A stretch of DNA of 64,000 nt from Gnetum montanum (taxonomy: Eukaryota; Plantae; Gnetophyta), in assembly GCA_015680685.1 (NCBI GenBank), contig MNCI01002227.1, positions 439,223 to 503,222 of the forward strand, read 5' to 3'. The translations under genes were made by a program, and so were the position numbers. Below the pieces are notes generated by a model that was not told the origin of the DNA, did not search any database, and saw nothing but the letters and a program-made list of their open reading frames with translations. Positions 39,000 through 53,589 of the stretch are shown here, in pieces. Position 1 is the stretch's first letter, and every line of letters starts with the position of its first letter.

Positions 39000-40690
39000 C
39001 TTATGCTAGTAACATGCTCATCCAAAAAGTTTGGATCTATCATTGCTTGATCATTAACTGGAGAAGCTGTAGTTTTGTGGCTATGGCTTAACCTTTTGTT
39101 ATTACTTTTCAAGATGTAATGCTTTTACTTTTGTAAATGTTCATTGTAATGGCTCAGAGTACATTGCTCTTGCAAATGATGTTTACTTAACTAAGGAAAA
39201 GATAATGCCTGCACTTCTTAACTGTGAAGCCTAAGGTAAGGCAATCCTTTTTACACATCATTGTAATTTGCTTCGTAGGATACTAATGCATGGCTTAGGT
39301 AGTACATGGGGACCTCTATACCATCGTCTTGCTTTTGGAAAAGCAGAGAAGCAATGGACATGTTTGAGGTAGCAAGGTAGATGTAGAATGGTTTATCTCC
39401 TTATAGAGGGTAGACCATTGGAAGTTGAGCTAGCTCCTATTTGAGGTTATGAAATTACTCTTGGCATTGAGCCGTCCACTCAAAGTGGATTCCATTTTTG
39501 AGAAACTGTTGCATTGGTTACAACTTGTCAATCAATCATGTGATAAACCATCATATGAATTGTAATCTACCTTGTAACCCTCATAGCTCTTTAAGGTTAG
39601 CTGATGGTGCTAAGTTGATAATGGCCTTAACCTTTTTGAGGTCTATATGCCTTCTTCTGATACTACAAAGCCTAATGTGTGGCCCATATTGACATCGAAG
39701 ATACATTTCTTAGGATTTAGCCTAAGTTAATGCTTTAGGCAACGTTTGAGCATAAGGTCTAATTCATCTACATGGTTGTGTGATGCCCTGGATTTAACTA
39801 CTATATCGTCAACATAATCATTGAGTAGACCTAACAAGTAATTCCAAAATATGTACACCATAGCTCATTGATAAGTCATTCCTACGTTCTTGAGTTCAAA
39901 GGACATCATTATGTAGCAAAAGGTACCCTAAGGGGCCATGAAGGTAGTACTGTGCTAGTGCTTTGGGTTGATTCGAATCTAATTGTACCTCAAGAACACA
40001 TCCATAAAGGACAACAAGGCATGACTAGCCGTAGTATTGACAAATTAGTCAATACTAGGCAATGGAAAATTGTCTTTGATGGATGCCTTGTTGAGGTCCT
40101 GAAAGTCTATACAAATGCATATACTTCTATTTTTCTTAGGGAGAATGATGATGTTGGAGCCCTAGTTAGCGTAGTCAACGGCCTAGATGAAACCAACTTT
40201 GTAGAGCTTGGTGATTTCATCAAGAACTACCAATGCCACCTCAGGCCTAACCTTACGAGCTTTCTGCTTGATTGGTTTCATGCCAAGATTGAGGATTATG
40301 TTGTGTTGCATTACACAAGGATCAAGGCTTGACATGTCTTCGTAAGACCATGCGAATGCCTTGATATTTTCATTAAGCACTCTTGCGATGTCTTGGACAT
40401 GCTGAGGCTCTAACAAGGAACTAAGTTTTAGTGTTCTCACCTCATCGCTAGATGTTGCTATAAGGACTTCAATAAGGGGATCCTTGATGATGTCACCTAC
40501 CTCTAGATCTAGAGCCCTAACTAGATTGTCTAAGCATTATAGAGGTCCCTCTACAGATGTTATATATTAATTGTAGGCTACAGGCTTGTGGTTTAGGCAC
40601 TATGGATCGATACATTACATAAGATCACCATGTGGCCTAGTGATGACTAGTGGCAAATGAAGATGCTCGTATGTAGTCATGTTGCGAATC
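39000..40690 (-). pseudogene. Reverse transcriptase and RNase H of element E
   Basis: AFAWSYEDM..LDP, VCIDFQDLNKA, MDVFLRYNQI, MSFELKNVG, YVDDIVVKS, PFYIYLATS. Confidence 0.93.
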
Positions 40691-42869
40691 CTGCGATAAT
40701 CTTATAGAAAAAAAACTAGAAAAATGTCAATTCACACCTGTCTTAAGAAGAGAAATATGTGAAATTAAAGAAAACAATACGATAAAATTTTCTTATGTGT
40801 GTAAATGAAGTTAAGAAGCAAGGGATGTGTGGGCTAGTTTTAGGCCCTGGCAAACCATGGTGTTACTAGTTTAAGGTCTTAGAAGATTGCAAAATGCTAG
40901 TTTAACATCGTAGTGAATAGTGGATGTGCAATATGCATTATTGAAATGAGGTTTAGTGCATTAGAAAAGCAAAATTGGCTAGGGTGCTCATCGGGTGATT
41001 ATAAAAATTCAAAATTTTTCTAAGTCTAAAGACCACTAGAAAAATCAAAAAAATTTCTAACTTTGGTGATTATGCTCATCCCTACCTATGCTCATGGGTA
41101 CGTGAAAATTTAAGTGGTCCTTAGGGGTATATAAGTGCATTTTTGCCTTAGTAAATCTATCATTTTCGAAAGGTAAAAATGAACTTTTAGAGTGTAGCAC
41201 AGTTGTAACAAGAGCGTAGTCTATCAAAGATGATGCATTGGCGTGGACACCAGCACCCTAGCCTAGCCAATGTGGAGGAGGGAGAGCAAGTCCTAGAGTG
41301 CCTACCATGGGTACACATGGAGGATAGGAGGCCACTATTAACTACCAAGTGTGCCATTATGCTCACCCCCTTTGTGTTATTGTTTATCGCATTTTTGTGC
41401 TTAGGCGTTGGGGCTTGGGAGCAACACCCTACCTTGCTAGGGGTCATCACCACCATGGCCATTTGGGTCACTATGGATCACAACTGTGAGGACATGTGCA
41501 TTGCATAGGGATTTTGCTTTCTCATTTTACTTTTTTCTATTTTAGCTTTGCAACTTGAAGGCAAGGGTTTCAGTGGCCATGACTATCTTCATAGCCACAA
41601 ATGGAGAGGCTGCAAGCCAACATGGGGTTGAAGAGAAAAAATAACATAGTTTATTTGCTTATTTCTTAGTTTTGGCATGCATAGTGGAGGGTTTTGTAGT
41701 TCACATTTTTTCTTTTTTATTTTCGGTGGGTTTTGGGCAGGGCTTGGCTATGGCTAAGGCTGCTACGGTAGCCAACACAACTACAGGGAGTATGAGTCAT
41801 AGGCTTACATGTGTGTGGGGTAGGGGGTTTGCATTGTAGCAGGAATTGCCACTGTGGAAGTCGATGTGGCCATCAAAAAATGGTTTCGTGGCAATAGAGT
41901 AGGGCAAGGTTTCATACTTTTGCTACAACCATGGCTATTGTAGTGGCCAATATAATCACAAGGTGGGAGTGGCGACGAGTCTAGCAGGATTGTAGAGAAG
42001 GAAAAAATTATTTTTTATTCTCTTAATGCATGGGGCAAGGGTAGGGATAAGTGCATAGTAGGGGTAGTCTAGATGGCTAGTAGTGGAAAGGGACTAGAGC
42101 AAGGGGTTATCCCTTAGGGAAAGACAAATTGTCAATTTTGGAGCTTGCATAAGGCAAGGGTGATGGTTTGGTCATAGACCTAGGGTCATCACTAGTGGGG
42201 TGCATGGCATGGGTTGTGGCACTGTGCAAGGTAGGGTGGTGTCGTTAGGCTTGGTGGTGTAGCCACTATGGCAGTGGCCACAATAGTAGGAGATGTGGAG
42301 ATGTAGAGTATGGTAGCTATTTTTTTTTTTTGCAAAACATTTATCATCGTTTTGGGGAGTGTAGTCAGTAATCAAAATTTTTGCTTTGAGATTATTTTTT
42401 GGGGCTACACTTGGGAGCATAGCCAACAGTTATTTTTTTTTTTTGAGAATTTTGTAAAGTTTTGGGGCTATGCTCATTGGGAGCATAGCCCAAAGTTAGA
42501 AAATTTTGAAGTGCTTCAAACTGCATTGCCTGGAGTTAGAAAATTTGAAAAAAAATTTACCAAGTGTAAAAATGCCAATGATGCTAAAGTTGCTATGATG
42601 CTAAACATGTGAGCTAAGATAATGTAAAACATGCAAACATGCAAAATGAAATGCTGATGCTATGCTAAAAGTGCTATATCCCAATGAATACCAAGCATGT
42701 CAAATGTGTATGTTGACATATTATACCTGTGGGACCTAGGGGGCCCTAGGATATTTTTCTAAGTTATGCTATGTTATGTTAATTTTTCCTAAATGTAAAT
42801 TAATCTATTTTTGAAAAAATGCATTTGTTATGTACTAACACTATGTTGGCCATTTGTGTGATTTGTAGG

Positions 42870-45800
42870 CTACTGTTAAAACCAATTTTAGTTGTCGTGG
42901 AGCTTGTCGGCATCCTTTGCTACATGAGCGAACTTGTGTCCAACACCCCTACCCCAGACATGAAGTTGGATGATCAGGTGGTATGGTTCTAAGTAGGGAC
43001 CTCTACATTCCTAACCTTCTTGCTATAGTAGTTTAGTGTGATCATGTGATCACACCTAGCAGTGGAGGCTGCAACTGCCATCACTGAGACATTGTTTCCT
43101 AGGGCCAACAAGGGCATTTTGAAGTTCATGTTTAATGAGCCCATAATTAGTGATAGATGAGTAGGTGGTTCGAGGTGAGGCCCTAGGGGCACTCATCTAC
43201 TAGCTAGGATTTGGGGAATGCCAGAGTTCTCTTGTTACAATAAGGGCAACACCCTCTTCGTGGCTATCCACATGCATACTGTGTTCCAGAACCCACCTAG
43301 AACTATATACTGTGTCAAAGGATAAATGCTCATGCTTTTGTGTTATGCTCTATCACTATTTATCATGCTAGATTTGCTAATTTCTAGTTTCTCATGTTTG
43401 ATGCCAGGTTTAAAGTTGATGATGAGGTGCTCCACCACGAACTAGGGGCTCTTACCTTGACCCACACCACCCTAGAGGTGTTCTCCTCTAGTTTGAACCT
43501 TCGAGAGGTTGTGATTAAGTAGGTGGGAGAGGACTTAGAGAGCTATCCTATCCACTACCTAAAGGAATTTGAGTGGTGTAAGACCTATGGTTGGCTTAAT
43601 GAGGGATGGGCTAGTGGCAAGCCCAACTTCGAGGAGCTAGTTATGCCACCACCTCCATTGAGCATACCGTTTGTTTCGCGTAAGTATTTGTTACTTGGCT
43701 TAGCTTTTACTACTTACTCGTTTGCACTCATTGATTCATCATTACATAATGCTAACATCATATTTGCCTATTTTATAGCTATAGTTGCTTCAAGAGAGGT
43801 GACGATGATCACCACAAGCTGTAGTGAGGCCACCCTCATAATGAAATATGGTGATGTGGAGGGGGCACAACATTGGTTATGCCATAAGGCCTCAGATGCA
43901 TTGACTAATTGGTTGACATGTGTTAGGTTGATGTACCTCTTCTTAGCCCATAGCCCAAGCACTCTAAAGGTTGAGATGGTCTTCATTATGGATTCCTTCA
44001 ACAGCAATGCTTCCCACTTCATCACCCATGTGCATGAAGTGAGGGTGGCCTTGGACCTTAGTGATGCTTTCTTTGTGAACTTCTTTGGCTTTCCCTTTGA
44101 AGGCCCATTAGTCATTGACAAGGCTAGCAAAGAAGTGGACTACAAAGGAGAGATTAAGGAGTGGCTGGGAACCAATCGATCTTGCAAAGGTATCATGGTT
44201 AGAGACATGCATGTGCCCAAGTTCTAGGAGCTCTACCCTCTTTTTCATGTTTGTGACTTTCCAAAGTTTCTCTTCCAAGGAAAAATCCTTAGGGTAGACC
44301 AAGCGTGGATGATGAAGAAGGTTTTGGAGGAGAGCACAGATTTAACTTGGCCTCCTTCATTGCCATTAGACTACAAGCAGAGATCACCAAACTTCACTAC
44401 AACCTACAAGTGAGGTCTCATGGTCACTCTACATTCTTTGTAGCATATTTGCAAAGGTTTGTGAAGTTCTTGGTGATTCAAGATAGCATGCATTGGGTTG
44501 TGTAGGATTGTAAACAGCTATCCAAGCCTTGGGTTAAGCACTTGTTCATGATCACTCGTGCATAGAACCCCCCAAAGGGGATTGATGAGTTATACTTAGT
44601 TACGATGAAAGCTCATTTGGGGAGGTCACGGTCATACTATTCCTATGATAGCATAGGTGAGTGCCCCCCAATGATCATTAGGGATGTAGGCAAGGCCAAC
44701 TATTACATCAAAAAGATGGTGGGGCCTTTCAAGATGAAAATCAAGAGGCCACACCCACTAGAGGAGGTTGCCCTTGTGGTTGGATAAGTGAGCATCAAGA
44801 AGGTTCGCCTCAAGATACCCACTTTTTATTCAATGGTTGTAGGTTAGTAGGAATTCCTTGGATGCATTTGTTTTGTATTTTTTTCATATTTATGAATTTT
44901 TATATTTTCTTGTGTTATGCCATGCTATGCTTGTGAGTTAGATAAGAGGATTGCTAAAGAAGCAGCGATAGTGATGGCAGTAGAGATAGCTCCTCCTCAA
45001 GTTGAAGAGGAGGAAGCACATAAAGGAAAGTTGCTCGAGGCCACAAAGACCTTCTAGCAATTTGATGTAGAGGGGTTGTTCCACCCTAAGGGTGATTTTG
45101 CCAGCCTCTTTGATAATGTGTAGTTGGGAGACTCTCTTGCACTAACACATGAGGGCTTACTAGGTAATTGCTTTAAGTTGCCATCTGCTTATGCTCTTTG
45201 CCCTTGCATCTTTGGCTATCTACTTGTTATGTATTGCATTGTGTTGGGTTATAACCTTAGATGTCCTTGTTGGCAGTCCACCACCAGCACCCACCCATTG
45301 CATGAAGCCATGGGTAGAGACACCTGATAAAGTTTCCTTCATGGAAGGCATAGTTGAAGACATGGTGGACTGCATATAGTAAGAGGATCTTGAGCTTGGT
45401 ATGTATGTTATTTTTCTTGAATTGCTTTACTGATTCTATGCTTAGTCTATGGCTAATGTTGAATTGCTTATTGTATGACAATAGGTTGTAAGCTTCATTG
45501 GGATTTGAACCATGTGGCTAAGATGGATGTCATCCTCGAGTACCTCCTTGTGGTGGAGCAAGTGCCTCACTGTGTGTATGAGGTAGTTAGCAAGTGTGAA
45601 ATTTCCAATGTGAAAGCATCATGGACCTATAGGCACTCAAACTAGCACCTATGCAAACACATGCATAAGCTCAAGGAGACCATGGTCAGCTTGAGCATAA
45701 AGAACGAGGACCTCTAGTCCTATTATAATTTCTTATTGACTCAAGCATAAGGGGATAGTACTTGGAGAACTGTAGAGATCAATTATGCTAGGTACTGGTC

Positions 45801-46510
45801 GATGATCTAGGGAAAAAATGAGGCTACCCAAGAGATTATTGAGCAAAGGTTTCAAATGGATCTACTTGCCCAAAAGAGCCAAGAGTGAAAGAGCTTTAGT
45901 GCTAAGGTGTGCAAGTGGGGGCACATGCAAAAATATCATAAGAACCACTACAAATGTGAGTGAGATGCATATCTATAGCAACTCAAAGAAGAGTCCATCA
46001 AAGCTTGCTGCCTTAAGTTGTTCATTGAGGCAATTGGTAAGAGGTGGGCCTTTGAGTTTTTCACTTAGCACACAGTTGTTAGTGAGTTCCTAGAGTGGGA
46101 GATTGCCATGCCATTGAGAAAGGCATCTACCACCACCTTTTCAATGTAGCCACCTGCATGGACTACCATGGATAAGGACAAGACCCTTGTGGATGTTGAC
46201 TTTAACCATGAAAGCTAGACTTGGCTATTAGAGGTTGAGATCCTCCAATGCTCGAAGGAGGGCCTTGATAGACTACCTCCAGACATGTTGATGTGAGATC
46301 CTCTTAGGTTAGTTTTTCTTGTTTTGTGTTTATGTCATGCTTTTTCTATTAATTTGTGTATTATACATCAATTTATGGATTTTTTTGTGATAGTTATCTT
46401 TGGTAGGCACTAGGCAATGTTGTGGGCCCCAGTGACATGGTGGATGAAGAGAGCCTCCACCACCACCTAACACCACTGGTTGAGCATATCCCAATGTAGC
46501 CCTACCACTA
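42870..46510 (+). pseudogene. Antisense, multi-intron accessory gene inside element E (degenerate; unknown function)
   Basis: Coding segments (ORFs 43523-44227, 44305-44505, 44605-44787) separated by short AT-rich GT-AG-type introns (~43680-43778, ~44843-44941, ~45398-45484, ~46308-46407). Confidence 0.7.
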
Positions 46511-47129
46511 GGCATTTTTGTAATTTGTATATTTTTGCATGGTGTAGTGTGGATGATCTTGTCGTGTAATATTATTCTTTTATGAAATATAGTGGAGTTA
46601 TTTCTATATGATGTGTATTGTTGTATATTAAGTGTTGATAGTGTGATGCATTGATGTGAAGTGATTGTTAGTTTTAGGCCATTTCAGACCATGTATGTAG
46701 ATAATGTTTTGATAGTTTTAGGCCATTATAGGCCCAACAATAGTTTAGGGACATTTTGAACCATGTATTAAAATGGACAGTGTTGCCAGTTTTGGGCAGT
46801 GGTGAGCCGCACTAGTAGTTTAAGGCCATCTCAGGCCATGTGTGCCAGTTTTAGGCCTTGGTGGACTATGGGATATGTTTATAAGTTTTTGAATCTTATG
46901 ATTTTTAATGTGTTTTTGCTATTTTTATGTGTAAATTGATGGCCAAAAAGTAAATGAAAGTGTAAACATAACAACAAAAGTAGAAAAAAATGCATAAGCA
47001 TAGGAAGATAAATAATTCAAAAGTATGAACCAAGAAAAAATGTAAAATTTGAACAAAATGCAAATAAGTCAAGCATGCAGAAGTAGGGTAGGTAGGGACC
47101 CAATGCCTATAGGACCAAGCACATGCCTT

Positions 47130-50100
47130 ATTCATGCTGTTGTTTCCTAATTTGGTGTGGATTAGGTGATGCATAGGTCCTGGAGGGTATGATATGGTAG
47201 TCACCCTAACCTTCGTTAGCTATATTAAAGGGAAATTCTACCCACAAAGAGTCTTTTGAATGGTTAGGGATTTTGTTGGCTCTTTGAGTTGGTCTACTTC
47301 ACACCTTTGGCCTTCATCCTCTATAGGAAAAGTATCATTAGGGAACTCTATCTTTGATCCTTGTGTAGCATCAATGTTGTTGATGGTTAGAGGGGCTATG
47401 TTATCACCATGTATGATAACCTATCCACCTTCATATGAAAGGTGGATTTCCTAATGGATTGGGGAGGAGACAAATTGCAGTTAGGCTAACTAGCACCTAT
47501 CCAGGATTAGGTTGAAACCTAGTATCTCCTCAACAACTATGAAATCAACTATGGTGGGGAATTGCCCCCCTGCCATGAAGGCTATCGTGATAGTTCCCCT
47601 TACGACAATGCATGACCCATTGAAGGAATTCAAGCATGTTATCTTTGTTGGTTGAATTTAGTCAACAAGACCAAGTTTGTTAATGATTTTTTACGGGATG
47701 ACATTGGTTGCTACCTTGTCATCAACATGCACCCTACGGATCCAACATTCTCCCATGCAAATAGTGATTAACATTGACATGGTAATGACTTGACCCTTCT
47801 CATGGTCTACCTTGATTGCCTCATTCCAAAATGCCAGGGATGTTGAACTTGATTTCCATTGGGGAGGAGGCAACATCACAACATAAATGGATTGTTTGTC
47901 TACTAGGATGTACTCCATGATGGGAATGGAGGTCAACATGCATACTAGTGCTTCACGATCGGTAGAGAAATTCATCATGAGATTGTATAGGGTTAGAGTT
48001 ATGCTTTTCTATTTTAAATCCTGCTTGACTTGTGCCAATGCATTAAGGAAGGCCTTTTTGCTATTTGCTACCTTATTATTATTGGCCTTAACCTCCTCCA
48101 TGCGACCCAAGAGATGGATCTCTCATGGAGGAGATTTGGGCTTGGTTTGTTTAATTTAGTTTGGAGACTTAGTGCTTTGTTGTTGGTCACTTTGCTTTGG
48201 AGCCTTAATGCTCCATGGTTGACTACTCATTGCGATGGCCTCTTTAGTTGGTTGGGCCATTGGTATGGAAGACAAGGGGATAGGCTTTGGGAGGGCCTAA
48301 TGCCCTTTGCTCTTGGTGTTGCCTAAGCATTGGATTGGCAAGGTGCTCACTAGGCCTCCCAATTTCTCATATTATTTCTTGGGTGAGTAGGAGCTGATGC
48401 ATTGCCCACTACTAAACTTCCAACAGGAAGAGAGCTGGCACATCGCGATGCCCTTATGATAAAGGGTGTTTGGGTTGTTGCAGCTATAATGTGCTATGGG
48501 GCCTTGCCCACAAAGGATGTTATGGGTGGTTGAGGTGGTGCTCTGATGTCTCAAACTGCTTGATGCATTAATGATGTACCCTGCACCACTTGTGTTTAGA
48601 GGGTCCTTGTAAACTCCCATTGATTAGTTTTGGGGACACACTAGGTTAGTGGTATCAAGGACCAACTCACCTATGTTAATCACATGTTGGATGTCATCCT
48701 GTAAAGCCATGCAAAAATCTGTGTCATGACCTTGTAATTGGTGATACTGGCAAAACTAGTCCAATCGGAAGTGTTTAGGGATTGGAGGCTCATTAGGCAG
48801 TGCAGTCGATGGGTCCTTGATAAGCTCATAATATTGGTCACATCACTTGTAAGTGTTCTTAGATATCTGATTGTACTAGATGCATCCAACATTAAGTAGT
48901 TTCTCCAAGAGCTTCAATTGCTTGATAGGAAATGATATATACTTTGATCAATCCTTGCACTTGAAGTTAGGCCTTATGGCAGCTAGTGCTATGAACACTG
49001 ACAATGTAGGCTAGTTAGTCACCATCATGCTAAATCTAGATTATTGGTCAGTGCCTTAGATGGCTTGGTTGTTGGTTTTGCATTGGCCGACTTAGCATTG
49101 TTGGTCACCAATGTGACGATTGTGGTTGCTTGTTTGCCTTTTTCCTTGTCTTTCTCCTTCTTTACATGTAAATTCTTGTAGGCCACATAGGGAGGATTCT
49201 TTCTAGCCTTTGCTGCATCCTAAATGCTCTTAGCTTGAGAAAAAACTTCGCTTAGGGACTATGGGATGAGGTAATATAGTTTTGACTTAATAAAGTTGTT
49301 CATTACACCTTTGAAAATGTCCTACAAGTGGATCTCCGCGATAGGCTCATAAATCTTGTTAAGGGAAGCACTCCACCATTGAATGAATTTTTGCACAAGC
49401 TCTAGGTGGCCCTACTTCACTTGCATCAATTAGTCTAGGGTCGCTTTAGGCTTCAAGTTATACTTGAAGAGTGTAATGATTTGGGTGAGCAACTCCTCCA
49501 ACAAAGAGATGTAAGCCCTAGGAAGGACGCAATACTAGTCTAGTGCTTTGCCAGTTAGGGACATGGTGAAGACACATATGATGGTATTTAGCCATGCCTA
49601 TAGTAAGAGTCACTTTGATTGAAAGGTGATCAAATGAGCATTGGGATCCCCTTCACCATTGTATTTGGTAAACTGTGGGAGTGAGACCCTTGTAGTTAGC
49701 GCTAATGGTGGGACCACAGGACTAATTAGATTGTCTTGGTAGAAGTCCATCACTTGTACCATTTTGGAGGAGGTAGCCTTAAGCTACTTAATCTTTTCAG
49801 TGAAGCTTTGGATTAGTTGGAATGCTTGATCCAAGCCAGTTATGGTGGTAGTGGGTTGCACAAGTTGTGCTACCCGTTGAGGTTGCTAGGTGGTCCACGA
49901 CCTACCTCTAGGTTGTGTGATCATGTGCAATGCCTATTGTGTGAGTTGTGCCATGGACATAGTGCCTAGGCCCCACCACTAGTTGGTAGTTTGGGCCATC
50001 AAGAAAGGTGCCAATGTGATAGGTGGTACAAATGATGCCTGAGTCATGTATGACGGGGGTGGAATGTGCGGAGTGTACATGTAAGGTTGCGTAGGTGTGA

Positions 50101-50540
50101 TGATTGCTGCTGCAGAAGGCTAGGTGACTTAAATAGTTTGAACAACCTAAACAAGATAAACAGGCTGGGAAAAGATGATGAAAGGTACACTAAAGGAAAG
50201 GTTGAAGGGCAAGGCAACATCCTGATGCACCTACTGCATCTGGTGAGTTTCCACCATAGGTGTTAACCTAGGCTATGACATGAGACTACAAGAAGATGGG
50301 GAAGGAATAACAGAGGCTACTCGTTGTAATGGGTTATTGTGCTTAGACTTAGCCTCAAATATGTTCAAATCCTCTTAAAGTGGCTTCTCATAGTCCATCC
50401 CTACCTCACAACCCATGTTGTAGATGAGGTTCTCCAACATCCACTGGTAGTATTCCGTGAGTGGGATAAATTTGAAGTTGGAAGGGAACCATTCCCTAAT
50501 GTTATGATGCATGTGCTCATAACTTCATTTGTCTTCCATT
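47130..50540 (-). pseudogene. Gag-protease of element E
   Basis: Manual translation PQFTKYNGEGDPNAHLITFQ; FCQYHQLQGHDTDFCMALQDDIQHVINIG; WIRRVHVDDKVATNVIP. Confidence 0.9.
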
Positions 50541-51129
50541 TCTTGGTGGTCTAAAGGCAAGATCGCTTGGAAATTTGCACAAAAAAAAGTTATATTGATC
50601 ATCATTGAGCACCATGACCTCAGGTGGTAGGTTACATAGCCTAAGATACTATCTTTGTGCTAGGATAGGACCCCCAAGAATGTCAACTAGAAACTCCTAC
50701 TGTACGGGCTAGAACACAACCATGTACAAAGTAGAGGTTGAGGGTTGCTTGGGGTTCATGATGTGAAGAGAGATGCAAAATGTTGCTTGTGGAGAAAAGG
50801 AGGAAAAAATGGCTAAGTGTAAAACTACAGGAAAATGACTAAGTGTAAAAAATGTAGAAAAATAACTAACCATGAAATGTAGTAGAAACAACTAAGTGTA
50901 AATGCATTGAAAAATGGCTAACTCTAGGACTATGCTCAAAGCCAACTATGCTCACTATGCTGGAGCTAGCTGTGATCTATTGGAGACCTAGAACTTTGAC
51001 CAAGTGTAAACACCAATGTTGTCCAATGGGGTTCAAGGGGAACCAACAATGGAAACCAATTTGTACAAAGTACAAAGAGCATGTAAGCCAACAACCAAGG
51101 CATTTGGCCAAAGAAGGAAATGGTGAAGG

Positions 51130-51146
51130 CCCTCCTTCTAGTGCTA
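51130..51146 (-). promoter_or_regulatory. Primer-binding site of E
   Basis: TAGCACTAGAAGGAGGG, 6 nt (GTTCTC) from the LTR end. Confidence 0.8.
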
Positions 51147-51152
51147 GAGAAC

Positions 51153-52829
51153 TATAGTGACCGAAAACATTAAAGGCTAAAACAGGGCACCAAGAGGTCT
51201 ACAATTACATAGTCTTGATCCCACTCCCACATGAGGGCCTACTAGAAAATTGAAGCGAGGTGCCCAAGATGGTTTTCTTGATCAAACTAGAACTTACAAG
51301 TGTTACAACGAAACATGTTTTAAGGAATTTATACAGTGTTCGCAGTGCTTGCAAGAGTGAGCGTAGTCAAAGCTTTAAGTATGAAACGAAGGTGCAAATA
51401 TGCAAATAGATGCGTGAATAGTGAAAAATGCAAGTAAAATGCTAAAAATGTCTAAGAAATATGAAACATACACAAAATGAAAGCTAAAGGAAAGATGACA
51501 TCACCCCAAATGGGGGAGCATAGTCAACTGTAAAGAAGAGGTGAGAGGTACATAGTGTATAAACAGTAACAGTAGCTAGCATAGTCACAATCTTGAGATG
51601 TTTGGCTATGAAGACTAACATCCACCATGGAGTTTGAGCTTGCTAGGTTGGCTATTGTAGTGTTCTCTAGGTTTCAGTGGTGTGCGGTATGTTGGACGGC
51701 ATTCAATAGTCTCCACCAAGCTCCTGAAGTTCACCAAGGTGCTGAGTGTGCTTGAGTGCAAGGATGCTTTGCTATTCGAGTATTTGAAAATGCTAGTTGG
51801 AATGTCAAAATGCCAACTACCGAATGAAATTGCTAACCCCTAAAATGTGAGGCATAGGGGTATTTATAGGGTTAGGGTTAGCATGAATTGCAGATCAAGT
51901 GCCACATGGTAGAGGGGTAGTTAGGACTACACTAACCCCAGTGACACTCCCACTGAAGCAAAGTGGTGTTCTGCTAGTGTGCTCCAATGGACCTTGTGAG
52001 ACTATTAGACTATGACTACACTACCGAGATTGCATATAGGAGTGCTGAATAGACTGCAAAGTATTTGCAAATACTGCAAAATAGTACAATTTTGGAGACT
52101 ACACTCTGGGACTATGCTATCACTTTTCTGAGCGGTGTCAAGTTTAGGTACAATTTGTGGAAAAATGGGGGTGAAAATAAAGTATAAATTGCTGATCTTG
52201 CTTGACAAAGGAATGTTGGAGTTGAGATGCTAACCAATGCTATATTCTGGAAGCTTCTAAAGGTAATTTTGTGTGACTACACTAGCTATGCTCTGGAGTG
52301 TAGCCCAAGGGGTTAGGAAAATTTGGCAAAAAATATGAAGTTTAGTGCTGGCTATATTGACTATGCTTTGAAGTGTAGTCTTGGTTAGGAGAACATAGCC
52401 CAAACACTTAGAAAAATCTTGCAAAATTGATGCCTGCATGTAGGCTACACTAGCTATGCTATGGAGTGTAGCACTAGAAGTTAGAAAATCTGCCAAAATT
52501 TTTCATCCATCCCATACATGCTTAGTAGTTTCTAGCTTGACACTTAGAAACAATTTGCAAACTGGTCATTCCAAGGTTGACTACACTCTAGATCATAGCA
52601 CAAGGGGGTGAGCATAGCCAAAACACTTAGAAAAAATCTATAGTTGTTGTTAACACTTAGAAAACTTTTGCAAATCTAGACTATTAGTGTCAACTATGTT
52701 GACTATGCTCTAGAGTGTAGTCCTAACAGTGGGAGTGTAGTCTCAACACTTAGACAAAATTTGCCAAGTTTTGACACTTAGCTAAATTTTTAGTTAAGAC
52801 CTAAGAGCACCAAATTTGGTGGTGTTTCA
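51153..52829 (-). repeat. Element E 5' LTR
   Basis: Direct repeat of 33375-35066. Confidence 0.95.
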
Positions 52830-53589
52830 TAGCCTACCCACATTCACTCTTGCATTCCAATACCCTCTCATTCCCTAAATAGCCAAGCTTGCAAATCCTC
52901 TTGGACATTCACATGTTGTGACTGCACGAAACCCTCTTTGCATGTTTCATCAAACACCAAGCTTCCCAATGCAAACGTAACATAAGTCATCCTATGGGAA
53001 GCCTCTCTCAGTTGATCAAAGCCCAAGAAGATGTAACATAAGTCATCTTAGGAAGAAACCCCCTATTATATAGACACCATGTCGTTTTGTCAATGGCAAA
53101 GCAAAGCCCATCCAGTGATATGTAATTCACTTGATAAGGAGCATCTCACTCCATAGTAAGCATTCAAAAAAATGAGAGAGAAAAAGGGACAAAGCATATT
53201 CCTAAGTAATTTAGAAGTGTTGCAATTTCGCAACCAAGATAACCTTGAATCCTCACTAGCTCTCTCACAAGCATCCTGACGAGAGGTCAATGCTTTAAGG
53301 GAAAATCACTTTGGTGCCATGGTCACCATTAGTTGTGAGGTCCTTGCATCATAATATCCCCACTTGCATCCTATCTTTCCCTTTTTATCCCTAGCACATC
53401 ACCTATGCCTTCTCTCACTTTCCACCTACCATTTAGCATACCTCTCTCCACAACACTCTTGAGCATGGTGTAGTGACATCCGATTAGGTATTGAAGAGTG
53501 ATGTTGGTACCAAGCTTGCTATGGTGTTTTGCTATTCTTTGTTGATGTCTCTTGGGCAACTCCTCCAGATGTCAACAAAGAGAGGCTAA

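Larger units (their letters stand above)
33375..52829 (-). mobile_element. Element E: near full-length Tat/Ogre-like Ty3/gypsy retrotransposon (~19.5 kb)
   Basis: LTR pair, TSD TAGCC (33370-33374 / 52830-52834), PBS 51130-51146, PPT 35067-35083; domain order gag-PR // RT-RH-aRH-INT. Confidence 0.95.
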
